Shown here in pieces: positions 12,361 through 25,100 of a stretch of DNA of 64,000 nucleotides. The DNA comes from Macrostomum lignano (lineage: Eukaryota), in NCBI GenBank assembly GCA_002269645.1, contig NIVC01003408.1:1-64000 (forward strand), in the 5' to 3' direction. The notes under the pieces are model-generated. The model searched no databases and was not told where the DNA came from. It saw only the letters and a program-made list of their open reading frames with translations. A program made the translations under genes and the position numbers. Position 1 is the stretch's first letter; each line of letters starts with the position of its first letter.

Positions 12361-13225
12361 CCTTAGGATTATCACTCTCTAAATCTGCCTGGAATCGTTT
12401 TCAATCGTGTTCTTTATTTACCTGTACCGTACCTGCGACTATGGGAGAAAGTCTGGTAGGACTTGCCGACCGGCGATAGGCAAATAGGACTATTAGCTTT
12501 AAAATCTCCAAATGCTCCAATAATAGGTTTGTCTAGGGCCTAAACTATTTGCCATATTGCATTTAATTCATCACAAGTCGTTGGCTTTCAATTTGAAGAT
12601 TGGAATTCGAAACGTTGATCCTCGATGATATATTGATTCCACGGACACGAAGTACGCTCGTAGGCAGCGAACTGACTAGCTCGAGCGGTAATCAATAAAG
12701 CAGGCGCATAAAGTGCGCCATCAATCTTACAAACAAAAGCTTAGAAGATGACTAGATGTGACCATATTTTAAATGCCGCGGCTGTCGCCAGATTGCAGGA
12801 GTGGCTCTTGCGTGACAGAAACTCGCAAAACTTACGAAGCGCCCGATTTTCTTGCACTAGAACAGACTTCGGCGTATTGTCCAATATTGCATAAGATCCA
12901 TCTCATTGAGCAGATCTCAATCCTGATCCAGATCCTGACTGAGTAAAAGCACCTCGAGTTCTTTCACGTCTAATTGAGCCAGATCGTCCAACATGCTCTG
13001 CATAATTGACTCGCGCTGAATACGCTCGCCAATCTCAGCGGAGGAGGCACCTACCACGTCTCCTTGTGAATGTACGAGTATAATAGACCACACCAATTCG
13101 TTCACCAGATGCCGCATCGTAGATCATGACGATGAGCTTTGGTATACACGGTCCAAATAAAAACAGATACAAATATAGAATAGAATGAAAATCATTCCAC
13201 TTAAGGCTGCTCAACACCAAGTTTA

Positions 13226-13288
13226 GACCATAGATATTTCGAGCGTGCAGCAATGCATCATTGATGCACGCTTCAAATATCTATGGTC
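13226..13288. repeat. 63-bp hairpin mini-element with GACCATAGAT termini
   Basis: gaccatagatattt.gagcgtgca.caatg ... cattg.tgcacgcttc.aaatatctatggtc. Confidence 0.8.
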
Positions 13289-13622
13289 CAAACGCCTTCA
13301 AAATCATACAATATCGGTGAAGAACGGCTACTCGTACACCAATTTTTTATGACCTCGGGAGCTGCGCGCCCTCGGTATACATACTGATATTTTCAATATT
13401 AACTATATTATACATCAGGGACGAGGGAGCCAGTAAGTAAACCAAAGGAAAAAAATCGAGCGAAGTTACTTGTAGTTTATGGAAAAACCCTGAACGTCGC
13501 ACGGATTTAGCCTGAGCCAAGTGAGTGATTAACCGATGCAGATCATATAGTTCTACATTTATTATTGCACTCTACTGAACTTTCGAATCTTTATAGGACT
13601 TCTAAGCAACCATACATGTGTT

Positions 13623-14000
13623 ATGGCGGGAGCGTCAGATAAAACAGACGGTACGAACAGCCAATCGGAGCAGCTCTATCACTACGACGTGCCTCTGATT
13701 GAACACATGAATCAAGAGTCACTCCAGAAAGAGACATTTCAAATGCAATCGATTGGCGAAGATTTGACCCACACCATCGTGCTGCTGGTCCCAGCCGCCC
13801 TGCTGCTCATCTACATCTTCTTTGCAGCGATTTTCGTCTTTCGCCATCGGTCAGTCCTGATTCGCACGACTGTGAAGCCGCCTGAACGACAGAGCGGCCA
13901 GGCGATTCGCTTTGAGGACATTATTGACACCGTGATTCGCTACCAGCAACTGATGGGTGAAAGCAAGGCTGAAACTTACAGAAGGCGTAGCATATCATAA
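13623..14000 (+). CDS. Orphan single-pass membrane protein, 125 aa
   Basis: ATG-initiated ORF in unique sequence with C/G-rich third positions. One ~21-aa hydrophobic helix (IVLLVPAALLLIYIFFAAIFVF) followed by RHR. No family recognised. Confidence 0.55.
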   Translation: MAGASDKTDGTNSQSEQLYHYDVPLIEHMNQESLQKETFQMQSIGEDLTHTIVLLVPAALLLIYIFFAAIFVFRHRSVLIRTTVKPPERQSGQAIRFEDIIDTVIRYQQLMGESKAETYRRRSIS

Positions 14001-14133
14001 AAACAAAAACTTGCCATTTTGTCATTGTGAGATTTTTACGAATGTTCCAATTATTAGTAAATATTTGGATCAGTTTGTAACAAACGAATCAAGGTCTTTC
14101 AACGAAATCAATGCAAATCAACTGACAGAGAAG

Positions 14134-14399
<266 letters not shown>

Positions 14400-14760
14400 G
14401 GATAAGCAGATTGCCGACAAATTTGGAGGCTCAATTTCTACTTTAAGTAGCGTACTTAGTGAAATGCTGTGGTGTTTTGAAAGTTTGGTGTTTATTGTGA
14501 CAGTAAAATTAATTTTTACATGTGTAATCAATACTAGCTTAATTGTCGGTTCTACCGGACTTTAGGTCCGTGAAAGTCATGTTAAGCACCAAAGAAAGTT
14601 ACTATTGAAAGAAATTTCACACTGTCGTGCAGAAATAATTAATAGTTCGCACACAGCTGGTGGTCACAGCTGCTTTGACCAGACCCGACATCAATATATC
14701 TTTTCGGATATTTTTGAAGATTTCTGGGCCATCATCGGATTGATAAATGATTTCTTCAAG

Positions 14761-15038
14761 GCGGGCAGAGCAGTTCAGCGCCGCGGCCCCTGGTTCGATT
14801 CCCTGCGCGGCCAGATTCATTTGAGCACAATAATTCACACCTTTGAGGGCCAGCCCCCAAGGCACAGGGAGTGTACATGCCTGACGATTGAAAGTCAGGG
14901 CTGCTGTGCACCCTGTGTGAGCGCGTGTCTGAGTACAGTATTGGCGCTTGAATGTGCTCAGGACTCAGCTGAATGAGCAGAATTGCCTCAGCACTGGTTT
15001 TGGGACCAATGCCACCGAAGGCGTGGCGCCAGGGTGCC
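14761..15038 (+). mobile_element. Diverged SINE related to family 1 (5'-truncated)
   Basis: B box GGTTCGATTCC at 14792-14802. Body cccaaggc.cag.ga.gtgtacatgc and tail gcgccagggtgc align to the family-1 SINE. Confidence 0.65.
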
Positions 15039-15073
15039 CAAAATTGCAAAATCTATTATAGAAAAACCCTGAC

Positions 15074-18000
15074 CTCCGTCAGCTCCGTCAGCTCCGTCAG
15101 CTCCGTCAGCTCCGTCAGCTCCGTCAGCTCCGTCACCTCCGTCACCTCCGTCAGCTCCGTCACCTCCGTCAGCTCCGTCACCTCCGTCAACTCCGTCAGC
15201 TCCGTCACCTTGTCACTTCCGTCAGCTCTGTCAGCTCCGTCAGCTCCGTCAGCTCCGTCACCTCCGTCACCTCCGTCAGCTCCGTCACCTCCGTCACCTC
15301 CGTCAGCTCCGTCAGCTCCGTCACCTCCGTCACCTCCGTCACCTCCGTCAGCTCCGTCACCTCCGTCACCTCCGTCAGCTCCATCAACTCCGTCAGCTCC
15401 GTCACCTTGTCACTTCCGTCAGCTCTGTCAGCTCCGTCAGCTCCGTCAGCTCCGTCAGCTCCGTCAACTCCATCAGCTCCGTCAGCTCCGTCAGCTCCGT
15501 CAGCTCCGTCAGCTCCGTCAGCTCCGTCAGCTCCGTCAGCTCCGTCAGCTCCGTCACCTCCGTCAGCTCCGTCAACTCCGTCACCTCCGTCAGCTCCGTC
15601 AGCTCCGTCAGCTCCGTCAGCTCCGTCAGCTCCGTCACCTCCGTCAGCTCCGTCAGCTCCGTCAGCTCCGTCAGCTCCGTCACCTTGTCACTTCCGTCAG
15701 CTCTGTCACCTCCGTCAGCTCCGTCACCTCCGTCAGCTCCGTCACCTCCGTCACCTCCGTCAGCTCCGTCAGCTCCGTCAGCTCCGTCAGCTCCGTCACC
15801 TCCGTCACCTCCGTCAGCTCCGTCAGCTCCGTCACCTCCGTCAGCTCCGTCAGCTCCGTCAACTCCGTCAGCTCCGTCACCTTGTCACTTCCGTCAGCTC
15901 TGTCAGCTCCGTCAGCTCCGTCAGCTCCGTCACCTCCGTCACCTCCGTCAGCTCCGTCAGCTCCGTCAGCTCCGTCACCTCCGTCACCTCCGTCAGCTCC
16001 GTCAGCTCCATCACCTCCGTCAGCTCCGTCAGCTCCGTCAGCTCCGTCAGCTCCGTCACCTCCGTCAGCTCCGTCAGCTCCGTCAGCTCCGTCAGCTCCG
16101 TCAGCTCCGTCAGCTCCGTCAGCTCCGTCAGCTCCGTCAGCTCCGTCACCTCCGTCAGCTCCGTCACCTCCGTCAGCTCCGTCACCTCCGTCACCTCTGT
16201 CACCTCCGTCAGCTCCGTCAGCTCCGTCAGCTCCGTCAGCTCCGTCAGCTCCGTCAGCTCCGTCAGCTCCGTCAGCTCCGTCAGCTCCGTAATCTGCGTC
16301 AGCTCCGTCAGCTCCGTCACCTCCGTCAGCTCCGTCAGCTCCGTCAGCTCCGTCAGCTCCGTCAGCTCCGTCAGCTCCGTCAGCTCCGTCAGCTCCGTCA
16401 GCTCCGTCAGCTCCGTCAGCTCCGTCAGCTCCGTCAGCTCCGTCACCTCCGTCACCTCCGTCAGCTCCGTCAGCTCCGTCAGCTCCGTAATCTGCGTCAG
16501 CTCCGTCAGCTCCGTCAGCTCCGTCAGCTCCGTCACCTCCGTCAACTCCGTCAGCTCCGTCAGCTCCGTCAGCTCCGTCAGCTCCGTCAGCTCCGTCAGC
16601 TCCGTCAGCTCCGTCAGCTCCGTCACCTCCGTCAGCTCCGTCACCTCCGTCAGCTCCGTCACCTCCGTCACCTCTGTCACCTCCGTCAGCTCCGTCAGCT
16701 CCGTCAGCTCCGTCAGCTCCGTCAGCTCCGTCAGCTCCGTCAGCTCCGTCAGCTCCGTCAGCTCCGTCAGCTCCGTCAGCTCCGTCAGCTCCGTCAGCTC
16801 CGTCAGCTCCGTCAGCTCCGTCAGCTCCGTCAGCTCCGTCAGCTCCGTCAGCTCCGTCAGCTCCGTCACCTCCGTCAGCTCCGTCAGCTCCGTCAGCTCC
16901 GTCAGCTCCGTAATCTGCGTCAGCTCCGTCAGCTCCGTCACCTCCGTCAGCTCCGTAATCTGCGTCAGCTCCGTCAGCTCCGTCAGCTCCGTCAGCTCTG
17001 TCAACTCCGTCACCTCCGTCAGCTCCGTCAGCTCCGTCAGCTCCGTCAGCTCCGTCACCTTGTCACTTCCGTCAGCTCTGTCAGCTCCGTCAGCTCCGTC
17101 ACCTCCGTCAGCTCCGTCAGCTCCGTCACCTCCGTCAGCTCCATCAGCTCCGTCAGCTCCGTCAGCTCCGTCAGCTCCGTCAGCTCCGTCAGCTCCGTCA
17201 GCTCCGTCAGCTCCGTCAGCTCCGTCACCTCCGTCAGCTCCGTCAGCTCCGTCAGCTCCGTCAGCTCCGTCAGCTCCGTCAGCTCCGTCAGCTCCGTCAG
17301 CTCCGTCAGCTCCGTCACCTCCGTCAGCTCCGTCAGCTCCGTCAGCTCCGTCAGCTCCGTCACCTCCGTCAACTCCGTCAGCTCCGTCAGCTCCGTCAGC
17401 TCCGTCAGCTCCGTCACCTCCGTCAACTCCGTCAGCTCCGTCAGCTCCGTCAGCTCCGTCACCTCCGTCAACTCCGTCAGCTCCGTCAGCTCCGTCAGCT
17501 CCGTCAGCTCCGTCAGCTCCGTCAGCTCCGTCAGCTCCGTCAGCTCCGTCACCTCCGTCAGCTCCGTCAGCTCCGTCAGCTCCGTCAGCTCCGTCAGCTC
17601 CGTCAGCTCCGTCAGCTCCGTAATCTGCGTCACCTCCGTCAGCTCCGTCAGCTCCGTCAGCTCCGTCAGCTCCGTCAGCTCCGTCAGCTCCGTCAGCTCC
17701 GTCAGCTCCGTCAGCTCCGTCAGCTCCGTCACCTCCGTCAGCTCCGTCAGCTCCGTCACCTCCGTCAGCTCCGTCAGCTCCGTCAGCTCCGTCAGCTCCG
17801 TCAGCTCCGTCAGCTCCGTCAGCTCCGTCAGCTCCGTCAGCTCCGTAATCTGCGTCACCTCCGTCAGCTCCGTCAGCTCCGTCAGCTCCGTCAGCTCCGT
17901 CAGCTCCGTCAGCTCCGTCAGCTCCGTCAGCTCCGTCAGCTCCGTCAGCTCCGTCACCTCCGTCACCTCCGTCAGCTCCGTCACCTCCGTCAGCTCCGTC

Positions 18001-18910
18001 AGCTCCGTCAGCTCCGTCAGCTCCGTCAGCTCCGTCAGCTCCGTCAGCTCCGTCAGCTCCGTCAGCTCCGTCAGCTCCGTCACCTCCGTCAGCTCCGTCA
18101 GCTCCGTCAGCTCCGTCAGCTCCGTCAGCTCCGTCAGCTCCGTAATCTGCGTCACCTCCGTCAGCTCCGTCAGCTCCGTCAGCTCCGTCAGCTTCGTCAG
18201 CTCCGTCAGCTCCGTCACCTCCGTCAGCTCCGTCACCTCCGTCAGCTCCGTCAGCTCCGTCAGCTCCGTCAGCTCCGTCAGCTCCGTCAGCTCCGTCAGC
18301 TCCGTCAGCTCCGTCTGCTCCGTAATCTGCGTCACCTCCGTCAGCTCCGTCAGCTCCGTCAGCTCCGTCAGCTCCGTCAGCTCCGTCAGCTCCGTCACCT
18401 CCGTCAGCTCCGTCAGCTCCGTCAGCTCCGTCAGCTCCGTCAGCTCCGTCACCTCCGTCACCTCCGTCAGCTCCGTCAGCTCCGTCAGCTCCGTAATCTG
18501 CGTCAGCTCCGTCAGCTCCGTCAGCTCCGTCAGCTCCGTCACCTCCGTCAACTCCGTCAGCTCCGTCAGCTCCGTCAGCTCCGTCAGCTCCGTCAGCTCC
18601 GTCAGCTCCGTCAGCTCCGTCAGCTCCGTCAGCTCCGTAATCTGCGTCACCTCCGTCAGCTCCGTCAGCTCCGTCACCTCCGTAATCTGCGTCACCTCCG
18701 TCAGCTCCGTCAGCTCCGTCAGCTCCGTCAGCTCCGTCAGCTCCGTCAGCTCCGTCAGCTCCGTCAGCTCCGTCAGCTCCGTCAGCTCCGTCAGCTCCGT
18801 CAGCTCCGTCAGCTCCGTCAGCTCCGTCAGCTCCGTCAGCTCCGTCAGCTCCGTCAGCTCCGTCAGCTCCGTCACCTCCGTCACCTTGTCGCTTCCGTCA
18901 CCTCAGTCAG
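15074..18910. repeat. 3.8-kb 9-bp minisatellite (ctccgtcag/ctccgtcac) with variant units
   Basis: About 425 units. Recurring variants cttgtcac-ttccgtcag-ctctgtcag and ctccgtaat-ctgcgtca(g/c). Confidence 0.97.
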
Positions 18911-21174
18911 TGAAATCCCAGTCGCTTTGCTTGCTTGTAAGTCTCTGAAAACTTATAGTGACTTACGTCAAGTTAAACCTGCAATCAAGATGAACATGAA
19001 TCAATATTCGACAATAAAATATATAAATTTTGAGTTTGAGTAAAAAGCTGCTATCATCCTGTCGTGCATTTTAGGGCGCAAACCAGGGAGATTTGCAATC
19101 TAATTTAGACATTTCTCTTTTTACATAATCACAGAAACCTCCTAATAAAATTATCCATAAAACTGCGCCACGCCTCACCGGTTTAACCCCTCGAATAAGC
19201 CATGCCTGCTTGGAGCATTAATTTTCAATATCATAATTATTTTCTGAAAACGAAATTCAGTCAAAAATTAATTTCGCGTTACTTCAGGCCTGCTTTTTAT
19301 TCAGAGCTTTAGCTGCATGGAAGGTCGTAGCCGCGGGCATGTTCTCTGCAGTCAAGTGCATGCGCTGCATTCTGATCAGAAGTGCCATTCGAATCCAACT
19401 GCTGCTTGTACAGCACAGTAGCAAAGCGTATTAGGGAAAATGCCATTATAGTGAGGACTGACACATTTGTGAAGGGTTCTAACCACTTCTATTCACGCAA
19501 GCCGACCTTCACGCATCTTACGTTCTTACCTGTCATTTTGACCTGTTGTGCGCCCCTTTCTCCGCAGCACCCGCCCGCCTGCATCCTGACCTCCTGCGTC
19601 CGGGGGAGAAGCAGGGAAAGAAACTGATACAATATTATCAGCTTAGCTACATGACGGTACTGTAGGGTGAGGTGCGAGGTGGCGTGATCAGTGTACGCAC
19701 TGATAGAGAAAACTGGAGGGGTGGGGAAGAATGGAAGGGTTGAGACGGGGGCGCGAGAGAAAAAAGTCACTATTGCATAACAGATTCTGTTTTGCTTTTA
19801 ACCCCTTCTCACCTGACTGAAAATTCTAGAATTGGAGAATGATGTGGCCGCGTGTTCTGTGGCTATGCTGGTGTCCGGCCGTGCCTTTAGAAAATTATGA
19901 AAACTTAGAATCCCTACCATGTGTATACTAAGGCTAATGTAATGATGTGTTATGCATTATGTATTATTCACATCTCAAAACCTAGCTATCCAACCATTTT
20001 TAAAAATTGCATAATCTGAAACAGGAATTTTTCTGGGACCGTGTGCGTCTAATTTGAGAAAAAGTGTATTCTACCTATCCAATCAATGTGTTTTTCGCAC
20101 TTGATTCTAACCTCTACGTCTATATAGTATGATATATATAGCATCAATCGATTTGAATTTTCGATTTCGAGACGGCACGCATCTATCAGAGTCGTGACCC
20201 ATTACGATTAGTCATAACGATTTACAAACTATACGCTCAACACAGACCTGAAAGCTTCGGCTTCAATCAGAGCATTCTCCGTTCTACCTGACCCCGATCA
20301 AATCACCGAACTCTGAGCTAAGGGGGCCAAACCATGGGCATGCATTCTATCAAAAGCGTATAAAAAATCTACTCTTAACAGTGCATATCGTCGACACAAC
20401 ACAGCGAATCACGAACAAAAGTCTTTGGAGAACATGAATGGCTAGGCTTGTGAAAAGAGGCATAAGCAAAGAGATAGCGGTTTAAAAGACAGGACCAAAT
20501 ATAGTGTAAAGGAGGACAGACCGCGACATCGACTTGCGTCATTCCGAAAAGAATGCGTCGGTTGTACTTTACAGTGAGTCCACAGTTGAGGTGAATGAGA
20601 CCGCAACTACAACTGCTGACCCCAGCCAGTTGTTCCCAAAATTACAGTCATTAGTCTCCTTAAATTTTGAATTAGCTTGACAAAACGCATATTAAAATGC
20701 ACTTGCTTATTATGTAACTTTGTCGAACAATTGCTGGAAACGCGAGAAAAACAATAAAACACTGGAAGTCTTTTTGAGCTTTTTCATTTTTTATCCATCA
20801 ATCGTTGACATCGCTGGTAAATTAATTTTTATTCTTTGAAAAATGTAAACATGGGATGCATGGTTAACATTAGATGTTACGTGTACTTTTAGTTTTAACT
20901 ATTAGGATTTAACAGAATCCCATCCCAAGCTTCAAGTGACAATGCATCATTGAATTTAAAGATTTTTAAAACTTGTCGCTAAAATTCCGAACAGTTTTCA
21001 AAGTTTGTATAGACTTCAGTTTATTACAGTGATTGTCGAGCAGATATACAGTAGTAGCTAGTTAGGGTAGTCACAATCAGTGTTTTTAAACACTGATCGC
21101 AAAAAAGGACAGCAAAAATATGGTAAAATTTTCCTTGCAAAAGTTTTACAACACCAACTGCGAAAAGGTGCTTA

Positions 21175-21552
21175 CGGTCACTGCAACAGTGTGGTTATCG
21201 TGTGGAACGGCCAAAATTGTGTTATCGGTCACTGCAACAGTGTGGTTATCGTGTGGAACGGCCAAAATTGTGTTTTCGGTCACTGCAACAGTGTGGTTAT
21301 CGTGTGGAACGGCCAAAATTGTGTTATCGGTCACTGCAACAGTGTGGTTATCGTGTGGAACGGCCAAAATTGTGTTATCGGTCACTGCAACAGTGTGGTT
21401 ATCGTGTGGAATGGCCAAAATTGTGTTATCGGTCACTGCAACAGTGTGGTTATCGTGTGGAACGGCCAAAATTGTGTTATCGGTCACTGCAACAGTGTGG
21501 TTATCGTGTGGAACGGCCAAAATTGTGTTTTCGGTCACTGCAACAGTGTGGT
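21175..21552. repeat. 51-bp tandem repeat, ~7.4 copies
   Basis: Unit cggtcactgcaacagtgtggttatcgtgtggaacggccaaaattgtgtt(a/t)t, head-to-tail with no spacers. Confidence 0.95.
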
Positions 21553-22153
21553 CATGGTGTCTCCAAAACTGTGGCAAATATTTTGCGAAAATATCGACAG
21601 TTTGTCAAAATTCACTGAAAAAAGTGCGAAAAAGTGACTGCAAAAGTGTGTCCACAGTCACTGCCAAAAGCAACTGCGAGTTTAAAACAGATTAAATAGT
21701 TTTTTGACTTCATCAAATCTAACTGTATCAAATGTATACTTAGCTTCAAGCTCACTCCTATGGATCTTATAATTCGTTGCAAAAAATTTCATTCATGAGC
21801 GAAAATAAGTCATTAAACTAACCATGTACTTACCTAATCATCATGTATCTCTTACTATTAGTCCATAAATTCCTGGGTACAATGGTCTCTAAATGAGCAA
21901 CGCTAAAGAGGCTGCCAATGTCTTAAATTTATCGAGGTTCATGTTAAAGTCACTTGCAGACCAGTAATATTCAACATGCTTAACGTCTGTTTTTTGATAA
22001 ATTACCTTTGACAGAAACAAAAGCCACTTATGAATTCTCAAATGCTCTAAATCAAAAGGGATACTGACTTAAAATCATAAATGTTGACTCCTTTATTGAT
22101 CAATTAGCCACAATCAGCATATCCACGGTGGGCTCCTAATCTTATCCCTGACC

Positions 22154-25100
22154 CTAGCAATAACCCTGCACCTCACTGCTGGGCCTGCGCATCGTGGGCA
22201 TCCGCCTGATGAAGGCGCTCCGAGAGTTTGGCTCGTATCTTTCAAGCCGAGCGGAGCCTGTAACACCTTGGTAACGCTGTGAATTGCTGTTGGTCCGTCT
22301 GTTGCTACGGTTGGCAGCAACGGCCCCGGCTGGTCGCTGCAGGTGACTTCCGCCTAGCTGCATCATCTGCTGCTGGTAGAACTGCTGCGATTCCGCTCGC
22401 CTGCGACGGTTGTCAAAAATGCGCTTCATCTGACTGCGGAAATAGCTGCTGACGTAGGTGTAGAGAAAGAAGTTGATGCTGTAGGACAGGTGATAAAAAA
22501 TCTTGGTCACGTAGATTGCGCTGCCCACGTGGAACTGGTACAGGCCGTCCTTTGTATTCGCAAAGTATTTCAATTCGTCCAGCTTTGCACTAATTGTAAG
22601 CTTGGTGACGAAGTTGGCTAGCCAGCACAGATAGTAGGGCCAGGTGAGGACCAGGAAAGTGGCGGACACCAGGATCAGCAGCAGGGCAAACTGGTGACCG
22701 ATAACGTCTTGGTTCGAGCCCGACTGATTTCGACGGATCACCAGCAGGTGACGCGCGATCAAAACGTTGAAAGTGAACAGCAGGCAGGTGGGGATGATGG
22801 TCAGCATGGCTGCGAAGATGGCGTCAAGTACGAAGAGCTGCCGTTTGAAACTGGGGCGGGGCACGCATCTGCGGTGATGCACAAGGATTTGAACATAAAT
22901 AAATGCCAGCCACGAACTGGCGGACTTGAATATGAGTAGAATATCGGTATTGTTCACAACTGTTTGGAGCAGCCATTCAAAAATTCTACATGCCGTAGAA
23001 GGTACTTATCGCACATATATTTATTTTATTGAAAATTTCCCCAAAAATACATTACAAGATTTAATCTACGCTTGTAAGATACTTTAAAATTTAGACTGGT
23101 AAAGTAAGCAAATTTGCATGGATGAATCTGTTTATTATGTGGTTATTGGGTTTCTGATTGTTTCAAATATTTTAAACTGGAATCTTAAACTATGCATCTT
23201 AAACTGGACTACAAGGGTTGCAGTCTAGTAGGGGGTTGTAGTCTAGTGGCTAGAGAGTCGGACTTACGAATTAAAGGTCGGGGGCTCGATTCTCGACCCA
23301 CCCGGAACAATCTGTCCTTGAGCAAGACGCTTAACTCTGCATTGCTTCAGTTCACCCAGCTGTAAAATGGGTGCCAGCATTAGCTGGGGTAATTGAGGGT
23401 GTGTGTGGCGACCCCCCCCCCCCCCAGTCCTTGGACTGAACAGCCGTACGCAGCCTTCAGATGCGCCGCGCAATAGCTGCGGCTGAGCTGTCGGTTGCAC
23501 ATCTGCACAGGCAGGTGTAGTCAATTACAATATTATTTTTGCTTAATGTTATCTTAAACCGGATTCTATTTAGTTTAAATACCCTTTGGGTAACCCTTTG
23601 AGATCTGAAGTGTTGGTATGGCTGGGAGATTCTAAGTAGGCATAAGCACATGTATATTATTTTTTTCATTTTTGGCTAAGTTCTAAGTTCTGTTCAGCTG
23701 AAAACCAGTCCTTCGGATGGACAGGGAAGCAACATTGTTTTTAGCATTAGGAACTTTTTGAGCAAGGGAGGAAATTTGGACAAAAAGTCAGAGAAATACA
23801 ACTATTTTACTCACCTAAAGTTCATGAAGCGCATTGAGGATTACAGTTACTAACCAAAGACTTACTCACCTGTATGAGAAGCCGGTATGCGCCGAGATCT
23901 GCATGAACGGGCGCCACAGACAGAGCACGTAGCTGATGCACACAATCAGCAAGATCACCCGCTTGGCGCTGCGCAAGTTGCAAAATCGGCGGTGCAGAAG
24001 CGGATTGCGAACGCCTGCGACAGATTTGGTGTCGGGGAAGTGTTACACCAGCAGGTTGAGGATTGCCCGCAGAGGATTACCCGCTTTACCCGCCCGATTG
24101 ATTTGTATGTACCTGCACAGTAAACTATTTCAAGATATTTTTTGCTTTGTTATGCATATGTAACATAACATAACCCCTTTTATCATTTTAGTTGGGCAAA
24201 GCGAGATAGACATAATCTAAGTGCAGCGCGGACCGAGGGCTCACTTACTTCGTACCCAAGTTAGATTTACATGCAGTCTAAAGTGAAATTATATTGAAAC
24301 GGGTAAAGACGAGTTGCCATTTTGGAAACTTATTGGCAAAGACCTGTAAATTCGTTTTGTCAGCAACTGCGAGTAGACGGCAGTTGTCAATGCAGTTTTA
24401 TTGCACATTTTTAAGTTGACAGGCTAGCATCGGACTCTCCACATGGCTGACCTCTTCTTCAGAAGTATCAAACAGCATTGCAAAGTAGCGAAACATTTCA
24501 ATGACTTAAATTTGCTCTGACTTTTAGGGTGCAGAGGTTGTAGAATTTTCAAGTGGCCTAAGAGGCCCCTGTGCTTAGGTTTCAGTTCATTGAGTAAACT
24601 AGACAGTAACACAGAAGGCCATTAGAAAGGTAGAAAACCTAGGGTATACATGTATCTCTTCCAGGCTACTGGATTCACAACGTAATCAACTTCTGAACTG
24701 CCAAATTGCACTCATAAGTTTATCAAGTTATTTTTATGAAACGCTAGAGGAGACCAGCAACCAAGCAAAGTTCTGGTGGAATTTCAGCTGTTCCTGTCTC
24801 TTTTGGTGTAACTTTTCTTGACGAAATCTGTCATGACAAAGCTCCATTCAGCGACATGAAAATCTTTGCAAAATTCCGTTTAAAAAACTCAAATGTATTT
24901 AAAAAATTACTGCACCAATCTGGTTATTTTCAAGCTTTCTCTACGTAAAATTGTGAGCCCAGCTTTGGCCAACGCATACTGTTTCATTTTTAGTTCATGA
25001 ATTGAAGCATGTGCGCATATCTGGATCACTAGTGCTGAGTCTTTTATCAAATTCTGCAGCGCTCACATGCCGAAATGCTCTTATGCACTAATTAAATTAA

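Noticed and set aside
12700-13117. Possible Crypton/DUF3504-like recombinase fragment (NTPKSV..RALRKFCEFL; LDDLAQLDVKELEVLL)
   Set aside because: The pieces are short, in different frames and in an unexpected order; not supportable without a profile search.
14973-18948. Very long ORFs (439-1087 aa; SVS, RQL, APS, TEL repeats) suggesting a mucin or adhesive protein
   Set aside because: They arise from a 9-bp stop-free unit. Frames switch at 8-bp variants, the only upstream ATG lies in a SINE, and there is no signal peptide or unique domain.
21175-21552. CRISPR-like array
   Set aside because: Head-to-tail units with no unique spacers, eukaryotic context, no cas genes. The same applies to 41279-41540, whose interiors are related to one another.
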